The notes under the pieces: generated by a model | Told to the model about the DNA's origin: nothing | Database searches by the model: none | Seen by the model: only the letters and a program-made list of their open reading frames with translations | Position numbers and translations under genes: made by a program | Assembly: GCA_965214485.1 (NCBI GenBank) | Contig: CBDCBW010000012.1 | Span: forward strand, 143,950 to 207,949 | Reading direction: 5' to 3' | DNA: 64,000 nucleotides | DNA from: Rhodothermales bacterium | GTDB taxonomy: Bacteria; Bacteroidota; Rhodothermia; Rhodothermales; JANQRZ01 | Part shown: in pieces, positions 8,586 through 19,327 of the stretch | Layout of the letters: every line of letters starts with the position of its first letter | Position numbering within the stretch: the first letter of the stretch is position 1

Positions 8586-10841
8586 ATGGAAACGACGGCA
8601 CCTTCTCCTATTCAGCGCCAAGCGGAGGGTCCGAAGCGCGTGGCGCTGCCCATCGAGGGGATGGAGTGCGCCGCGTGCGCGGTGCGGATCGAGAAGGCCC
8701 TCGGCAAGCAGGCCGGGGTCCGCACGGCGAGCGTGAACTACGCCACCGGCGAGGCGCTCGTCGAATACGACGCCGGCGCGGTCGGTCTAGACCTCCTCGC
8801 GGCGGCGGTCGAGCGGACGGGCTACCGCGTCCGCCCCGAGCCTCCCGGCGGAGCCGAGGCCGCCGAAGAGCAGGAGGACCGCTACCGAGCGACGCGCCGC
8901 CGCACCGTCGTCGCCGCCCTCCTGTCGCTCCCGGTCGTGGTGCTCTCGATGGCCCACGGCGCGATCGACTTCCCCGGGATGCGCGGGCTGATGCTCGCGC
9001 TCACGACGCCGGTCGTGGCGTGGGCGGGGGCGGGGTTCTTCGCCGGGGCGTGGCGGGCGCTCCGGCACCGCGCGGCGGACATGAACACCCTCGTCGCGCT
9101 CGGCGTCGGGACGGCCTACGGGACCAGCGTCGTCGCCACGCTCGCGCCGGGGCTGTGGGCGAGGGCGGGGCAGAGGCCGGAGGTGTACTTCGAGGCGGCA
9201 GCGGTGATCGTCACCCTCCTCCTGCTGGGCCGGCTGCTCGAGGAGCGGGCGAAGGGCAAGACCGGCGCGGCGATTCGGCGGCTCGTAGACCTCCAGCCCG
9301 AGACGGCCCGCGTCGTCCGTGATGGGCAGGAAACGGACGTGCCGGTGGCCGAGGTCGCGCTCGGCGAGACGGTGGTGGTGCGGCCCGGCGAGCGGGTCCC
9401 GCTCGACGGAACCCTCGTCGAGGGCGCGTCGGCGGTGGACGAGAGTATGCTCACCGGCGAGCCCCTCCCGGTCGAGAAGCGCCCCGGCGACGCGGTCACC
9501 GGGGCCACCGTCAACCGGACGGGCGCGTTCACCTTCCGCGTCACCCGAACCGGCGAGGGCACGACGCTCGCGCAGATCGTCCGCCTCGTCCGCGAGGCGC
9601 AGGGCCGCAAAGCCCCGATCCAGCGCCTCGCCGACACCGTCGCGGGCGTCTTCGTCCCCGTCGTGCTTCTCGTCGCTGTCGTCACGTTTGTGGTGTGGAT
9701 GCTCGTCGGGCCGGAGCCCCGGCTGGGCTACGCGCTCCTCACGTTCGTCAGCGTGCTCATCATCGCGTGCCCGTGCGCGCTCGGCCTCGCCACGCCGACG
9801 GCGATCGTGGTGGCGACGGGCCGGGCCGCCGAGCACGGCATCTTGTTCAAGGGCGGCGACGCGGTCGAGCGCGTGCGCGACGTGGAGGTCGTGCTCCTCG
9901 ACAAGACGGGGACGCTCACCGAAGGCAGTCCCCGCCTCGCGGACGTGGTGCCGCTCGCCGGGTGGGGCGAGGCCGATCTGCTCGCGCTCGCCGCCGCCGC
10001 CGAGGCGCGGAGCGAACACCCCATCGGCGAAGCCGTCGCTGCCGAGGCCGAAGCGCGCGGGCTGGCGCTGTCGCCCGTCGAAGCCTTCCAATCGCAGACC
10101 GGGCTGGGCGTCGAGGCGACCGTGGGCGGCCGCGCCGTGCTCATCGGCAACCGCGACTTTCTGGCCGAGCACGGCGTCGAGCAGGGCGCGCTCGACGGCA
10201 TCGAAGGCGGCCTCGCGGCGGCAGGCAAGACGGTGGTGCGCGTGGCGGTGGAGGGCGAGGCAGCGGGCGTGCTCGCCGTCGCCGACACGGTCCGCCCGAC
10301 GTCGAGGGAGGCCGTCGCTGCGCTGCGCGGCCTCGGCGTCGAGGTGGTGATGGTGACGGGCGACGCCGAGGCGTCGGCGCAGGCCGTCGCCGAGGCCGTC
10401 GGCATCGAGCGCGTCGAGGCGAACGTGCGGCCCGCCGGCAAAGCCGAGGTCGTGCGCCGCTACCAGCGCGAGGGCAAGGTGGTGGCCCACGTCGGCGACG
10501 GGATCAACGACGCCCCCGCGCTCGCCGCCGCGGATGTGGGCGTGGCCCTGGCCGCGGGGACCGACGTCGCGGTCGAGGCGAGCGACGTGACCCTGGTGCG
10601 GGACGACCTCCTCGCCGTCGCCGCCGCCTTCCGGCTCTCGAACCGGACCCTGCGGACGATCAAGCAGAACCTCTTCTTCGCCTTCGTCTACAACGTCCTC
10701 GGCATCCCGGTGGCGGCGGGCGTGCTCTACCCGGTCTTCGGTTTGCTCCTCTCGCCGGTCATCGCGTCGGCGGCGATGGCGCTCTCGTCGGTGTCGGTCG
10801 TGACGAACAGCCTCCGGCTCCGGCGCATCGCGCTCGGCTAG
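8586..10841 (+). CDS. copA: copper-translocating P1B-type ATPase
   Basis: There is an N-terminal HMA domain with [15 protein letters not shown]. The other motifs are CPC ([13 protein letters not shown]), DKTGTLT, TGD and [10 protein letters not shown]. Confidence 0.95.
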   Translation: METTAPSPIQRQAEGPKRVALPIEGMECAACAVRIEKALGKQAGVRTASVNYATGEALVEYDAGAVGLDLLAAAVERTGYRVRPEPPGGAEAAEEQEDRYRATRRRTVVAALLSLPVVVLSMAHGAIDFPGMRGLMLALTTPVVAWAGAGFFAGAWRALRHRAADMNTLVALGVGTAYGTSVVATLAPGLWARAGQRPEVYFEAAAVIVTLLLLGRLLEERAKGKTGAAIRRLVDLQPETARVVRDGQETDVPVAEVALGETVVVRPGERVPLDGTLVEGASAVDESMLTGEPLPVEKRPGDAVTGATVNRTGAFTFRVTRTGEGTTLAQIVRLVREAQGRKAPIQRLADTVAGVFVPVVLLVAVVTFVVWMLVGPEPRLGYALLTFVSVLIIACPCALGLATPTAIVVATGRAAEHGILFKGGDAVERVRDVEVVLLDKTGTLTEGSPRLADVVPLAGWGEADLLALAAAAEARSEHPIGEAVAAEAEARGLALSPVEAFQSQTGLGVEATVGGRAVLIGNRDFLAEHGVEQGALDGIEGGLAAAGKTVVRVAVEGEAAGVLAVADTVRPTSREAVAALRGLGVEVVMVTGDAEASAQAVAEAVGIERVEANVRPAGKAEVVRRYQREGKVVAHVGDGINDAPALAAADVGVALAAGTDVAVEASDVTLVRDDLLAVAAAFRLSNRTLRTIKQNLFFAFVYNVLGIPVAAGVLYPVFGLLLSPVIASAAMALSSVSVVTNSLRLRRIALG

Positions 10842-10956
10842 GCCGCGTGGACCTTCAACCCAGATCGGCTCTCATAGCAAGGCTATGGTGCGAGATATTT
10901 ATCTCACGGATTAGTATCAAATAATTGGGTTTGTTAGCCCTCCTTCCCTAAGTCAT

Positions 10957-10972
10957 CCCCGCGAAGGCGGGG
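10957..10972. terminator. GC-rich hairpin (CCCCGC-GAAG-GCGGGG), REP-like, between convergent genes
   Basis: A perfect 6-bp stem with a GAAG loop sits in the copA/aminotransferase convergent spacer. A related motif GGATTCCCGCCTGCGCGG follows at 11010-11027. Confidence 0.3.
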
Positions 10973-11034
10973 AACCCTGCGAGGGTTGAGCCACGCGCCC
11001 TCGCCGTATGGATTCCCGCCTGCGCGGCAAGGAC

Positions 11035-14000
11035 TCAGTCATTCAGAGAAGTGGTATAATCGGTCTGCAGAAAATCCTCGCCGAGCACCCGGTCGAGCGC
11101 GTCGGCGAGGCGGCCCGCGTCGGCGCGGCTGAAGACGAGGGGCGGCTTGATCTTGACGACGTTGCCGAGCGGCCCGTCGGTGCTGAGGAGGATGCCGTGC
11201 TCGCGCATCCGCTCGACGAGGTAGGTCGCGCGCTCCGGCGCGGGAGCGAGCGTCTCGCGGTCGAGCACGAGCTCGATCCCGAGGAAGAGGCCGAGGCCGC
11301 GCACGTCGCCGATGACGGGGTGGCGTCGCATCGAGTCAGACAGACGCTCTTTCAGGTAGCCGCCGACCGTTGCCGCGTGCTCGCGCAGGCCCTCGTCCTC
11401 GATCACGTCGAGCACGGCGAGGCCGACGGCGCACGAGACGGGGTTGCCGCCGTAGGTGTTGAAGTACTCCATCGGGGCGAGCGACGCTGCGATCTCGGGC
11501 GTGGTCACGACCGCCGCGAGCGGGTGCCCGTTGCCGATGGGCTTGCCGAGCGTCACGACGTCCGGCACGACGCCCTGCGTCTCGAACCCCCACCACCGCC
11601 CGACGCGCCCGAACCCGACCTGCACCTCGTCGGCGATGCAGACGCCGCCCGCCGCCCGTGTGAGCCGGTACGCCTCGGCGAGGAACCCGTCCGGGAAGAC
11701 GATCTGCCCGCCGCAGCCGAGGAGCGACTCCGCCATGAACGCCGCGACCTGTCCGCCCGCCTGCTCCACCGCCCCGGCGACGTGCGCGGCGTAGGGCCCG
11801 GCAGCGTAGGGCCCGGCGTCGGGGCTGCCGCGCAGAGGGTCCGGCATCGGGACGACGTGGACGTAGCCCGGCGGGCCGTGGCCGCCCGGCCCGTCGTGCT
11901 TGTACGGGCTGACCTCGATGAGGGCGGTCGTGTGCCCGTGGTACGCGCCGCCGAGCGCGATGACGTCCCGGCAGCCCGTGTGCGTGCGGGCGAGGCGGAG
12001 GGCGAGGTCGTTGGCCTCGCTGCCGCTGTTGACGAAGAAGCACACCGAGAGCGGGTCGGGGAGGAGCGCCGCGAGGCGCTCGGCGTAGGCGACGACGAGG
12101 GGGTGGAGGTAGCGCGTGTTCGTGTTGAGCACCGCCATTTGCCGCGCCGCCGCCCGCACCACGCGCGGGTGCGCGTGCCCGACGTGGCAGACGTTGTTCA
12201 CGCCGTCGAGGTACGCCCGCCCGTCGGCGTCGTAGAGCCGCGCCCCGACGCCCCGGACGAGGTGCAGCGGCTCTCGGTACGACACGCTGAGGGACGGCCC
12301 GAGGCGCTCGCGCCGGGCCTCGAGAATCTCCTCGCCGGTTCGTTCGGGTTCGGGAAAGGCGGATTCGGGGATGCGGAGCAGCAGGTTCGGGTCGGGGCAG
12401 AGGCTCCGCCACACGTCGCGCTCGTCGGCGGCCCCGACGCCGGGGAAGTCGCCGCGCCGGTCGAGGAGGTCGGTGACGAGCTGAAGGTGGAGGTGGGGGG
12501 CCCAGCCGCCGTTCTCCTCCGGCGCGCCGAGGGTGCCGATGGGCTGCCCCGCCTGCACCGCGTCGCCCTCGGCGAGCCCGCCGAGCGAGGCCCGGCTGAG
12601 GTGGCCGTAGAGCGTCCAGAACGGCGGGCACCCCTCGGGCCACCCGCCGGGCCGGTGTTCGAGAATGACGGTCGGCCCGTAGTCGAGCGGGAGGGCGTTG
12701 TCGGCGACGCTGTGGACGGTCCCGTCGAGCGGAGCGAAGACCGGCGCGCCCGCCGGTTGGAACAGGTCGATCCCGAGGTGGACCGTGCGCGCCCCGCCGG
12801 TCTCCGTGCGGAACTGCTCGCCGGTGTAGACCAGCCGCGCCTCGTCGTAGCGTCCGACGCCGACCTCGGCCCCGGCCTCGCGCATCTTCTTCTCGATCTC
12901 GTCCGAGGCGAGCATGGGCACCGAGAGCGCGTCCGCGCCCCACGCGGTGCTGCCCACGCCGAAGTCGAACACGACGACCGGCGCGGTGCCCGGATCGGGA
13001 TGGACCACGGGGGCGAGCGCGTCCCGGTTCGCCTCGAGCCACGCCGCGACGGCAGCGGTCCGCGGGCACGGGGCGAGGCCGCACGCGGCGCGTATCCGGT
13101 AGTGCGCCCATCGCCCGTGGACGCGGTCGAGCCGTTCGAGCGCGGCCCACGCGGGGGCTTCGCTGACCGAGAGGTAGGCGTCGTGGGGCTCGTCGCGCCG
13201 CCGGGCCGCCGACATCGCCACGCTCAGGCACAGCCGCAGCGCGACGAGCGGGAAGAAGGCGGCGAGCTCGGCTTCGCTCAGCGGGTACGCCGCGTGAAAC
13301 CCCGCCGCCACGTCCGCCGCCGCCCCGACCGGGTCGGGCGCGCCGAGCACGGCATACGCCGCCGCCACCGCCGGGTCGGCGACGGTCGGCGACCACACCG
13401 CGTCGCCGAAGTCGATCAGCCCGACGACCGTGCGCCCGGGCGATGGCAGGGGCGAGACGAGGACGTTGTGGTCGTTCGCGTCGCCGTGAACGAGGCTGTG
13501 GCGGAGCGCGCCGAGGGGCGGGGCCTCGCGCTCGGTGCGTCCGAGGTGGCGCTCTACGAGGGCGCGGCACTCCGCGTCCGGGACGTGCCGAAGGTGGCGG
13601 CGGACGACCGCCGGGGCGCGGCTCAGCTCCCAGTCGAACGGGCGGTGTGCCGCCGCCGCGTCGAGCCCGTCGAGGCAGGCCGCGAGCCGACCCAGCGTGC
13701 CGCCCAGGTCGCGGCGCAGCGCCGGGGTCTGCGGGTTGACCCCGGCCAACGGGACACCGGGGAGGTGCGAGACGACGTGGGCAAGATGCCCCCGGCCGTC
13801 GTCCTCGACCGTCGTGATCGCCTCGCCCGACGTGGCGAGCCGGACCACCGGGCACGGCACGCCGCACGCCCCGAGCCGCTGCATCATCTCGACCTGCATC
13901 GCCAGCACGGCCCGGTCCTCCGCCGCACTCGCGATCTTCAGCACCCACGCCGGTTCGCCGCGGACGCGGAGCAGCCAGTTCTGATCGCGGTCGCTCGGCA

Positions 14001-14097
14001 GGGCGGACGCTTCGGCGACGACGCCGAAGCGCTCGCGGGCGATCCCCTCGGCGTCGGCGGAAGAGAAGCGGGAACGGGCGTCGGCGAGCGAGGGCAC
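11035..14097 (-). CDS. tri-domain fusion of an APH/choline-kinase-like phosphotransferase, an M23/LytM-like segment and a class-III PLP aminotransferase-fold enzyme
   Basis: The ORF is 1020 aa. Kinase motifs are [15 protein letters not shown] and LIDFGD. M23-like motifs are VILEHRPGG...TLYGHLS and [10 protein letters not shown]. Aminotransferase motifs are [30 protein letters not shown] and [12 protein letters not shown] (PLP lysine). Confidence 0.9.
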   Translation of the reverse strand: MPSLADARSRFSSADAEGIARERFGVVAEASALPSDRDQNWLLRVRGEPAWVLKIASAAEDRAVLAMQVEMMQRLGACGVPCPVVRLATSGEAITTVEDDGRGHLAHVVSHLPGVPLAGVNPQTPALRRDLGGTLGRLAACLDGLDAAAAHRPFDWELSRAPAVVRRHLRHVPDAECRALVERHLGRTEREAPPLGALRHSLVHGDANDHNVLVSPLPSPGRTVVGLIDFGDAVWSPTVADPAVAAAYAVLGAPDPVGAAADVAAGFHAAYPLSEAELAAFFPLVALRLCLSVAMSAARRRDEPHDAYLSVSEAPAWAALERLDRVHGRWAHYRIRAACGLAPCPRTAAVAAWLEANRDALAPVVHPDPGTAPVVVFDFGVGSTAWGADALSVPMLASDEIEKKMREAGAEVGVGRYDEARLVYTGEQFRTETGGARTVHLGIDLFQPAGAPVFAPLDGTVHSVADNALPLDYGPTVILEHRPGGWPEGCPPFWTLYGHLSRASLGGLAEGDAVQAGQPIGTLGAPEENGGWAPHLHLQLVTDLLDRRGDFPGVGAADERDVWRSLCPDPNLLLRIPESAFPEPERTGEEILEARRERLGPSLSVSYREPLHLVRGVGARLYDADGRAYLDGVNNVCHVGHAHPRVVRAAARQMAVLNTNTRYLHPLVVAYAERLAALLPDPLSVCFFVNSGSEANDLALRLARTHTGCRDVIALGGAYHGHTTALIEVSPYKHDGPGGHGPPGYVHVVPMPDPLRGSPDAGPYAAGPYAAHVAGAVEQAGGQVAAFMAESLLGCGGQIVFPDGFLAEAYRLTRAAGGVCIADEVQVGFGRVGRWWGFETQGVVPDVVTLGKPIGNGHPLAAVVTTPEIAASLAPMEYFNTYGGNPVSCAVGLAVLDVIEDEGLREHAATVGGYLKERLSDSMRRHPVIGDVRGLGLFLGIELVLDRETLAPAPERATYLVERMREHGILLSTDGPLGNVVKIKPPLVFSRADAGRLADALDRVLGEDFLQTDYTTSLND

Positions 14098-14224
14098 AGA
14101 GGACGGGGGACGGCCAGTACGGCAGAAGCCGTGAAGCTACGGCACCGGCCTCGCCACGAGCGGCCGTAAGGGCAGACCTCTGGGTCTGCCCTCGTGCGGA
14201 GCGCACCCCACGCTTCGCAGCACG

Positions 14225-14671
14225 CTAGTGCCGGGCGAAGACGGCGGCGCGCCCATCGCGGGTGAACATGAACACCTCGTACTGCTGCGCCGGGCGGCCC
14301 TCGACCTCCATCCCCGGCGAGCCGATGGGCATCCCCGGCACGGCGATCCCGACGGCCTCGGGCGGTTTCTCGGCGAGGAGCCGCCGCACGTCCTCCGCCG
14401 GCACGTGGCCCTCGACCACGTAGTCGCCGACGACGGCGGTGTGGCAGGAGGCCAGCTCGTCCGGCACGCCGAGCCGCGCGCGCGCGTCCGCCGTGCTCGA
14501 CACCTCGACGGTCTCGACCTCGAAGCCCGCCTCGGTCATGTGGTCTGCCCAGAGGCCGCAGCAGCCGCAGGTCGGGGTCTTGTAGACGGTGACGCTCGGG
14601 GTCTGCGCCTCGGAGCGGCAGCCCGCCAGGGCGAACGCGAGGAGGAGGAGCGGGAGGAGAGAGAGTCGCAT
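14225..14671 (-). CDS. DUF411 (CopG-like) metal-binding protein
   Basis: It has a signal/lipobox LAGC and the CGCC motif (TPTCGCCGLWADHM). It also has CHTAVVGDYVVEGHVPAEDV and GIAVPGMPIGSPGME. Confidence 0.85.
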   Translation of the reverse strand: MRLSLLPLLLLAFALAGCRSEAQTPSVTVYKTPTCGCCGLWADHMTEAGFEVETVEVSSTADARARLGVPDELASCHTAVVGDYVVEGHVPAEDVRRLLAEKPPEAVGIAVPGMPIGSPGMEVEGRPAQQYEVFMFTRDGRAAVFARH

Positions 14672-14679
14672 GGTCGTGG

Positions 14680-15210
14680 TCAGTTGGTGTAACCGCGCAG
14701 GCGGTCGTAGGCGGTGACTTGCTCGGGCGTGAGCGCGTCGCGCATCGCGATGTGCGCGTTGAGGTGAACGGCTCGGAGCCGCCCCCGCGCTTCGCCGATG
14801 TGCTCGGTCATACGCGCCACCATCTCCTCGGTCGCCTCGCCGCGTGCGAAGAGTTGATCGAGGTGACGCTCCATCTCGACGATCTGCGCGCCGAGCGGCC
14901 GGGCGTCGGCCTGCACCGCGTCGAAGAGCCGCTGCGCCTCGGCGCGTTGCTCGCCCGAGAGCGCCAGGCTGTCGGCGAGCTCGAGGACGTGGAGCGGGCC
15001 GGGGTAGCCGTTGAGCTCCGCCGCCCTCGCCAGCCCCAGCCCGCGCCCTTCGAGCAGGCCCGCCGTCTCCTCGGCAGAGAGCGCCTTGACGGTGCGGTCC
15101 GTGTCGCCGGCGTAAGCCGAGGGATTCGCGTGGTCCGCGTGGTTGTGGTGATCGCCGTGCTGCGCGGCGGCGGGAAGGGCGGCAAAAATCAGGAAAAGGA
15201 GCAGGCGCAC
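14680..15210 (-). CDS. periplasmic Spy/CpxP/ZraP-like heavy-metal stress protein
   Basis: A signal peptide is followed by the His-rich stretch HGDHHNHADHANP, then helical LTPEQ-type repeats (LSGEQRAEAQRLFD, LTPEQVTAYDRL). Confidence 0.7.
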   Translation of the reverse strand: MRLLLFLIFAALPAAAQHGDHHNHADHANPSAYAGDTDRTVKALSAEETAGLLEGRGLGLARAAELNGYPGPLHVLELADSLALSGEQRAEAQRLFDAVQADARPLGAQIVEMERHLDQLFARGEATEEMVARMTEHIGEARGRLRAVHLNAHIAMRDALTPEQVTAYDRLRGYTN

Positions 15211-15239
15211 GGTCGGGAGCGGTTAGCGGTCGGGAGCGG

Positions 15240-15686
15240 TTAGCGGTGGTCGAGGCTGTCGATTAGGGCTTCCATCTCGCTGATCTCGCGGCGCTGCGCC
15301 TCGATGATCTCGCCGGCGAGCCGGCGGACGCGCGGGTCGGAGAGGCGCGCCCGCTTACTCGTCAGGATGGCGACCGAGTGGTGCGGAATCATCGCCTTCA
15401 TCCACGCCACGTCGCCCACGGTGTCCTGGCTGCGGACGAGGAAAAGGGCGGCGGCGAAGACGAGCGCGCTCCCCACGAAGATAGCGATGTTCTTCCGCCA
15501 GTCGTTGTACATCCCGAGCATGAAGGTGAGCATAATGACGGCCATCGCCGCGCCCATGTAGAGCGCCATCCAGAGCTTCGTCTGGCTCCACCACACGTGG
15601 TCGAGGCCGTAGACGGTCGAGTACATGAGGACGAACATCACCACCGTCGAGGTGGCGATCATGGCAGCAAAGCGAAGGTAGGACAT
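15240..15686 (-). CDS. DUF305 domain membrane protein
   Basis: Three N-terminal TM helices are followed by MIPHHSVAILTS...DPRVRRLAGEIIEAQRREISEME, the DUF305 signature. Confidence 0.85.
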   Translation of the reverse strand: MSYLRFAAMIATSTVVMFVLMYSTVYGLDHVWWSQTKLWMALYMGAAMAVIMLTFMLGMYNDWRKNIAIFVGSALVFAAALFLVRSQDTVGDVAWMKAMIPHHSVAILTSKRARLSDPRVRRLAGEIIEAQRREISEMEALIDSLDHR

Positions 15687-15716
15687 GGGAGGAGGGAACG
15701 GGGGAGGGGAGAGTGG

Positions 15717-17111
15717 TCAGTGCATCGAGTGATCGCCGTGCTCGGCGGGAGCTGCGCCCGGAGTGAGGCGGATGCCGTCGCGGGCGGCTTCGGCGGCGGT
15801 GACGGCGCGGGCGACGGTGCCGGGCGGGTGGTTGTACCAGCCCGGGTCGGTGTCGTAGTCGACGGGCTTCGGGCGGACCTTGAGGTTGGTGTACATCCCG
15901 CCCATCGTGATGTAGCCGAACGGACCGGGCGAGCCTACCATCGGGATCGAGTTGTCGGGGACCGGCACGTGCCCCATCTGGACGTGTTTGCCCATCTCGT
16001 CCATCCCGTGCTCGCCCATCGTGTGGTAGCCGGGCAGGAGCGGCTGCACGTCGCGGTCGAGCGACGCCGCGTCGACGCCGGTCGTGTTGGGGACGTCGTG
16101 GCCCATCTGGTTCATCACGTGGTGCGTCATGTGGCAATGCATCGCCCAGTCGCCGAGCGCGTCCGCCGTGAACTCGACCGTGCGCGTCGAGCCGACGGGG
16201 ACGAGGACGGTGGTCTCGGGCCACTGCCCCGCTGCGGGGACCGGCCCGCCGTCGGTTGCGACGATCTGGAAGGAGTGCCCGTGGAGGTGGATCGGGTGGT
16301 GGTCCATCGGCGAGAGGTTGCCGAAGCGAAGGCGGACCCTGTCCATGTGCCCGACGACGAGCGGGTCGGTGCCGGGGAACGCCCGTGCGTTCATTGTGAG
16401 CACGTTGAAGTCGGCCATCGCGTTGGGGTCCGGGCGGCTCGTGCCGGGGCGGACGCGCCACTCGTGGAGCATGATCGCGACGTCGCGCTCCACGCGGTCG
16501 CGCGCCTCCCGTGGGTGGACGACGAACAGGCCCGTCAGCCCGAGCGCGATCTGCGTCATCTCATCGTGGTGGCTGTGGTACATGAACGTCCCGTTCTGGC
16601 GGATCGGGAAGTCGTAGACGAACGTCTGGCCGGGCTCGATCACGGGCTGGTTCAGACCGCCCACGCCGTCCATGCCGTTGGGGAGGAAGAACCCGTGCCA
16701 GTGCACCGTCGTCGCCACGCCCAGGCGGTTGGTGACGTAGACCCGCACGCGGTCGCCCTCGACGGCCTCGAACGTCGGGCCGTGGACCTGCCCGTTGTAG
16801 CCCCAGCACGTCGCCGTGAGGCCGGGCGCGAACGCGTGTTCGACCTCCTCGACGGTCAGCTCGTAGACCCACGCGCCGTCGCTCGCGCGGCGTCCGGTGA
16901 GGGACGAGCCGTTGGGGGTGTAGACGCGGGCGGGCCGGTCGCCCGTCCACCGTGTGGCGAGGCCGCCCGGCGTGGACCGGAGCGCCGGGGTCCGCGGTGC
17001 GTTGGGATCGAGCCGGACGGGGAGCGCGCCCGCCCGGCGCGCGCCGAGCGCGGCACCGCCGAGGCCGAGGGCACCGGCTTTCATCCAGTCGCGGCGAGAA
17101 AACGTAGACAT
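15717..17111 (-). CDS. multicopper oxidase (CopA/PcoA-like), Tat-exported
   Basis: It has a twin-arginine signal SRRDWMKAGALGLGGAALGA. Copper ligand motifs are TVHWHG, YHSHHDE, HPIHLHGH and HCHMTHHVMNQM. Confidence 0.93.
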   Translation of the reverse strand: MSTFSRRDWMKAGALGLGGAALGARRAGALPVRLDPNAPRTPALRSTPGGLATRWTGDRPARVYTPNGSSLTGRRASDGAWVYELTVEEVEHAFAPGLTATCWGYNGQVHGPTFEAVEGDRVRVYVTNRLGVATTVHWHGFFLPNGMDGVGGLNQPVIEPGQTFVYDFPIRQNGTFMYHSHHDEMTQIALGLTGLFVVHPREARDRVERDVAIMLHEWRVRPGTSRPDPNAMADFNVLTMNARAFPGTDPLVVGHMDRVRLRFGNLSPMDHHPIHLHGHSFQIVATDGGPVPAAGQWPETTVLVPVGSTRTVEFTADALGDWAMHCHMTHHVMNQMGHDVPNTTGVDAASLDRDVQPLLPGYHTMGEHGMDEMGKHVQMGHVPVPDNSIPMVGSPGPFGYITMGGMYTNLKVRPKPVDYDTDPGWYNHPPGTVARAVTAAEAARDGIRLTPGAAPAEHGDHSMH

Positions 17112-17143
17112 AGTCGTGAGGGGTAGTGACCGAGTCGTAAGGG

Positions 17144-18592
17144 CTAGTGACCGGCGTCGCCCTGAGCGCCGGTAGGGCTGGACGTCGAGAGGGCACCCGC
17201 GTCGAGGTCGGGCCTCCCGCCCTGGAGGAGGAGGGCGAGGTCGGCCCGCGCCGTCCAGTAGGCGGCGAGCGCGTCGAGGTAGTGGCGGCCGGCGCGGACC
17301 TCTTCCTGCTGCGCTTGCAGGAGGCCGAAGACGCCCGTCTGCATCGCGTTGTACTGCCGGAGCGTCTGCGCCGTCAGCTCGGCGCGGAGCGGGAGGACGA
17401 CGGCCTGGTAGTGCCGCGCCACGGTGCGCGCCGCATCAAGCCGGGCCGTAAGGAGCCGGGCCGCTGAGCGTACCTCGACGCCGAGGGCGTGGTAGATGGC
17501 CTGTCGGCGGCGAAGCTCGGCGCGGAGCCGGGCGAGGCGAGCTTGGCCTTGGTCGAAGAGGGGGAGGACGACGTCGGCCTCCGGCCCGGCCTCCCACTCG
17601 CCCTCCTCACGCTCTAGCTCGCCGCCGGCCTCTAGCTCGGGCAGCAGGCTTTCGGGCCGGGCGAGGCCGAGGCGCTCGCCGTAGGTCACGATGTCCTGCC
17701 GGGCCGCCGCAAGCGCGAGGCTGGCCTCGACAGCCTGGGCCTCGACGTTCGCCGCCGCCATCGCGGCATCGGGCACCGCGGCATCGGGCACCGCGGCATC
17801 GGGCACCGCGGGCAGATCGCCCGCGAGCGTGAAGGCCGCGTCCTCGCCGAAGACACCCATCCGGCGGGCGAGAGCCTCGCGGCTTTCGACGGCTTGTGCC
17901 TCGGCGCTCACGAGGTCGAGGCGGGCCTGCTCGAACCGGGCTTGCTCGGCGAGGAGGTAGGCGGCGGGCACGTTCCCGGCCTCTCGGAGAAGGAGTGCCG
18001 CACCGTACGCGGCCTCGGTATTCTCGACGATCACGCGCTGCATCGCGGTGAGGGCAGCGTCAGCCTGTGCTCGAAAGAACGCCGTCTGGGTCTCCGCAGC
18101 GAAGCCGAGCACCGCCTCTGCTACACGGAGCCGTGCGGCCTCGTAGGCACTCCGGGCAATGCGTTTGCGGAGCGGGAGGTAGAACACGTCGAGAAACTCG
18201 AACGCGGCGGTGAACCGGAGCTCAGGCGGGCCGCTCTCTTCGAGCGACCACCGCGCGCCCGCGCCGAAGACGGGGTTCGAGAGCAGCCCGGCTTGCACGA
18301 GGTCGGCCTGGGCCACGCCGAGGTCCTCGTAGGTCGCCTGGAGGCGTCGGTTGTTGAGGAGCGCCACCTGGACGGCGGCCTCGGCGGTGAGCGGGCCGGC
18401 GAGGAGCGAGTCCACGGCGCGGTCGGCCGCGGCGTCCGCCTCGCTGCCGGTGCGCCAGACCGTGCGCATCGCGGTGCGCCCGTCGAGCGTGGTGCCCACG
18501 TCCTCGAAGGCGCGTTGCGGCTGGACCGCCGCGCAGCCTGCGAGCGTGAAGCCGGCGCAGACGAGCGCCGGGAGGTAGCCTCTGTAGAGCAT
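17144..18592 (-). CDS. TolC/OprM-family outer-membrane efflux lipoprotein
   Basis: ATG 18592 gives MLYRGYLPALVCAGFTLAGC (lipobox). The OMF-type start is AEAAVQVALLNNRRLQATYEDLGVAQADLVQAGLLSNP, and the protein has two helical repeat halves. Confidence 0.85.
   Translation of the reverse strand: MLYRGYLPALVCAGFTLAGCAAVQPQRAFEDVGTTLDGRTAMRTVWRTGSEADAAADRAVDSLLAGPLTAEAAVQVALLNNRRLQATYEDLGVAQADLVQAGLLSNPVFGAGARWSLEESGPPELRFTAAFEFLDVFYLPLRKRIARSAYEAARLRVAEAVLGFAAETQTAFFRAQADAALTAMQRVIVENTEAAYGAALLLREAGNVPAAYLLAEQARFEQARLDLVSAEAQAVESREALARRMGVFGEDAAFTLAGDLPAVPDAAVPDAAVPDAAMAAANVEAQAVEASLALAAARQDIVTYGERLGLARPESLLPELEAGGELEREEGEWEAGPEADVVLPLFDQGQARLARLRAELRRRQAIYHALGVEVRSAARLLTARLDAARTVARHYQAVVLPLRAELTAQTLRQYNAMQTGVFGLLQAQQEEVRAGRHYLDALAAYWTARADLALLLQGGRPDLDAGALSTSSPTGAQGDAGH
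17763..17807. repeat. 15-bp tandem repeat x3 (GCGGCATCGGGCACC) inside the TolC-like gene
   Basis: Perfect copies lie at 17763-17777, 17778-17792 and 17793-17807, encoding AVPDAAVPDAAVPDA. Confidence 0.95.
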
Positions 18593-18705
18593 GACCTGAT
18601 CGGGGTAGAGATCAAAAAGACACACGTCTGCCCAAGGGGGAGCGTGTGAGCAAGCGGCTCAACCACGGAGCCGCCGGGCAGCAGCCGAAGCTGCTGGGCC
18701 GCCGA

Positions 18706-19152
18706 TCAGGTCAGGAAGCGGCCGAGAGCGATATGGAGCGGGATAGGTCGGCCCGGCGGCGAGGCGTCGGGCGACGGGACCGGCCGGCTCGGCGGCGAAG
18801 CGAGCGCCGCGTTCGGAAGAACGAGCACAGCCGCTACGCCGAGCGCCGGGGCCGGGGGGGCCGGCGCGCCGACGGCGACGAGCACGCAGCACGGCATCGC
18901 TGCCGTCGGCGGCGAGGCCGGGGCGTCCGCCGGAGCGGAGTCTTCGCCGTGGCACGGCGGCACCTCCGGCGTCGAGTGCTCGGCAGGGCCCGGAGGCCCG
19001 TCAGGCACCGAGTGCTCTTCGCGTTCTGCGTGTTCTGCCAGCGCGTCCATCATCGCGCACGCGTGCTGCGCGAGCGGCATCGTCACCGTCAGCACGAGGC
19101 CGGCGAGCAGCGCGACGAGCGAAGCGTAGTAGGAGGGCCGGAGGCTGCGCAT
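18706..19152 (-). CDS. hypothetical membrane-anchored His/Met/Cys-rich protein at the head of the copper gene string
   Basis: The 148-aa ORF has an N-terminal TM helix (YYASLVALLAGLVLTV) followed by QHACAMMDALAEHAEREEHS, PPCHGED and MPCC. Its position is directly upstream of the TolC-like gene. The coding status is not certain. Confidence 0.4.
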   Translation of the reverse strand: MRSLRPSYYASLVALLAGLVLTVTMPLAQHACAMMDALAEHAEREEHSVPDGPPGPAEHSTPEVPPCHGEDSAPADAPASPPTAAMPCCVLVAVGAPAPPAPALGVAAVLVLPNAALASPPSRPVPSPDASPPGRPIPLHIALGRFLT

Positions 19153-19327
19153 AGCGGGGGGACCAACGCGGAGGCCGGCGGCGCGTTCCCCGTCGTCGAG
19201 GCCGGCCGCCCGGGTCCGGTGCCGTATATTTTTCGTGATGCCGGACCCGGCGGGGGCGGCGTCCGTTCGAACCCCGACGCCGCCGCGCTCGGCCTCCCCC
19301 TGACGCTCTCACCTACCGAACTACGCC

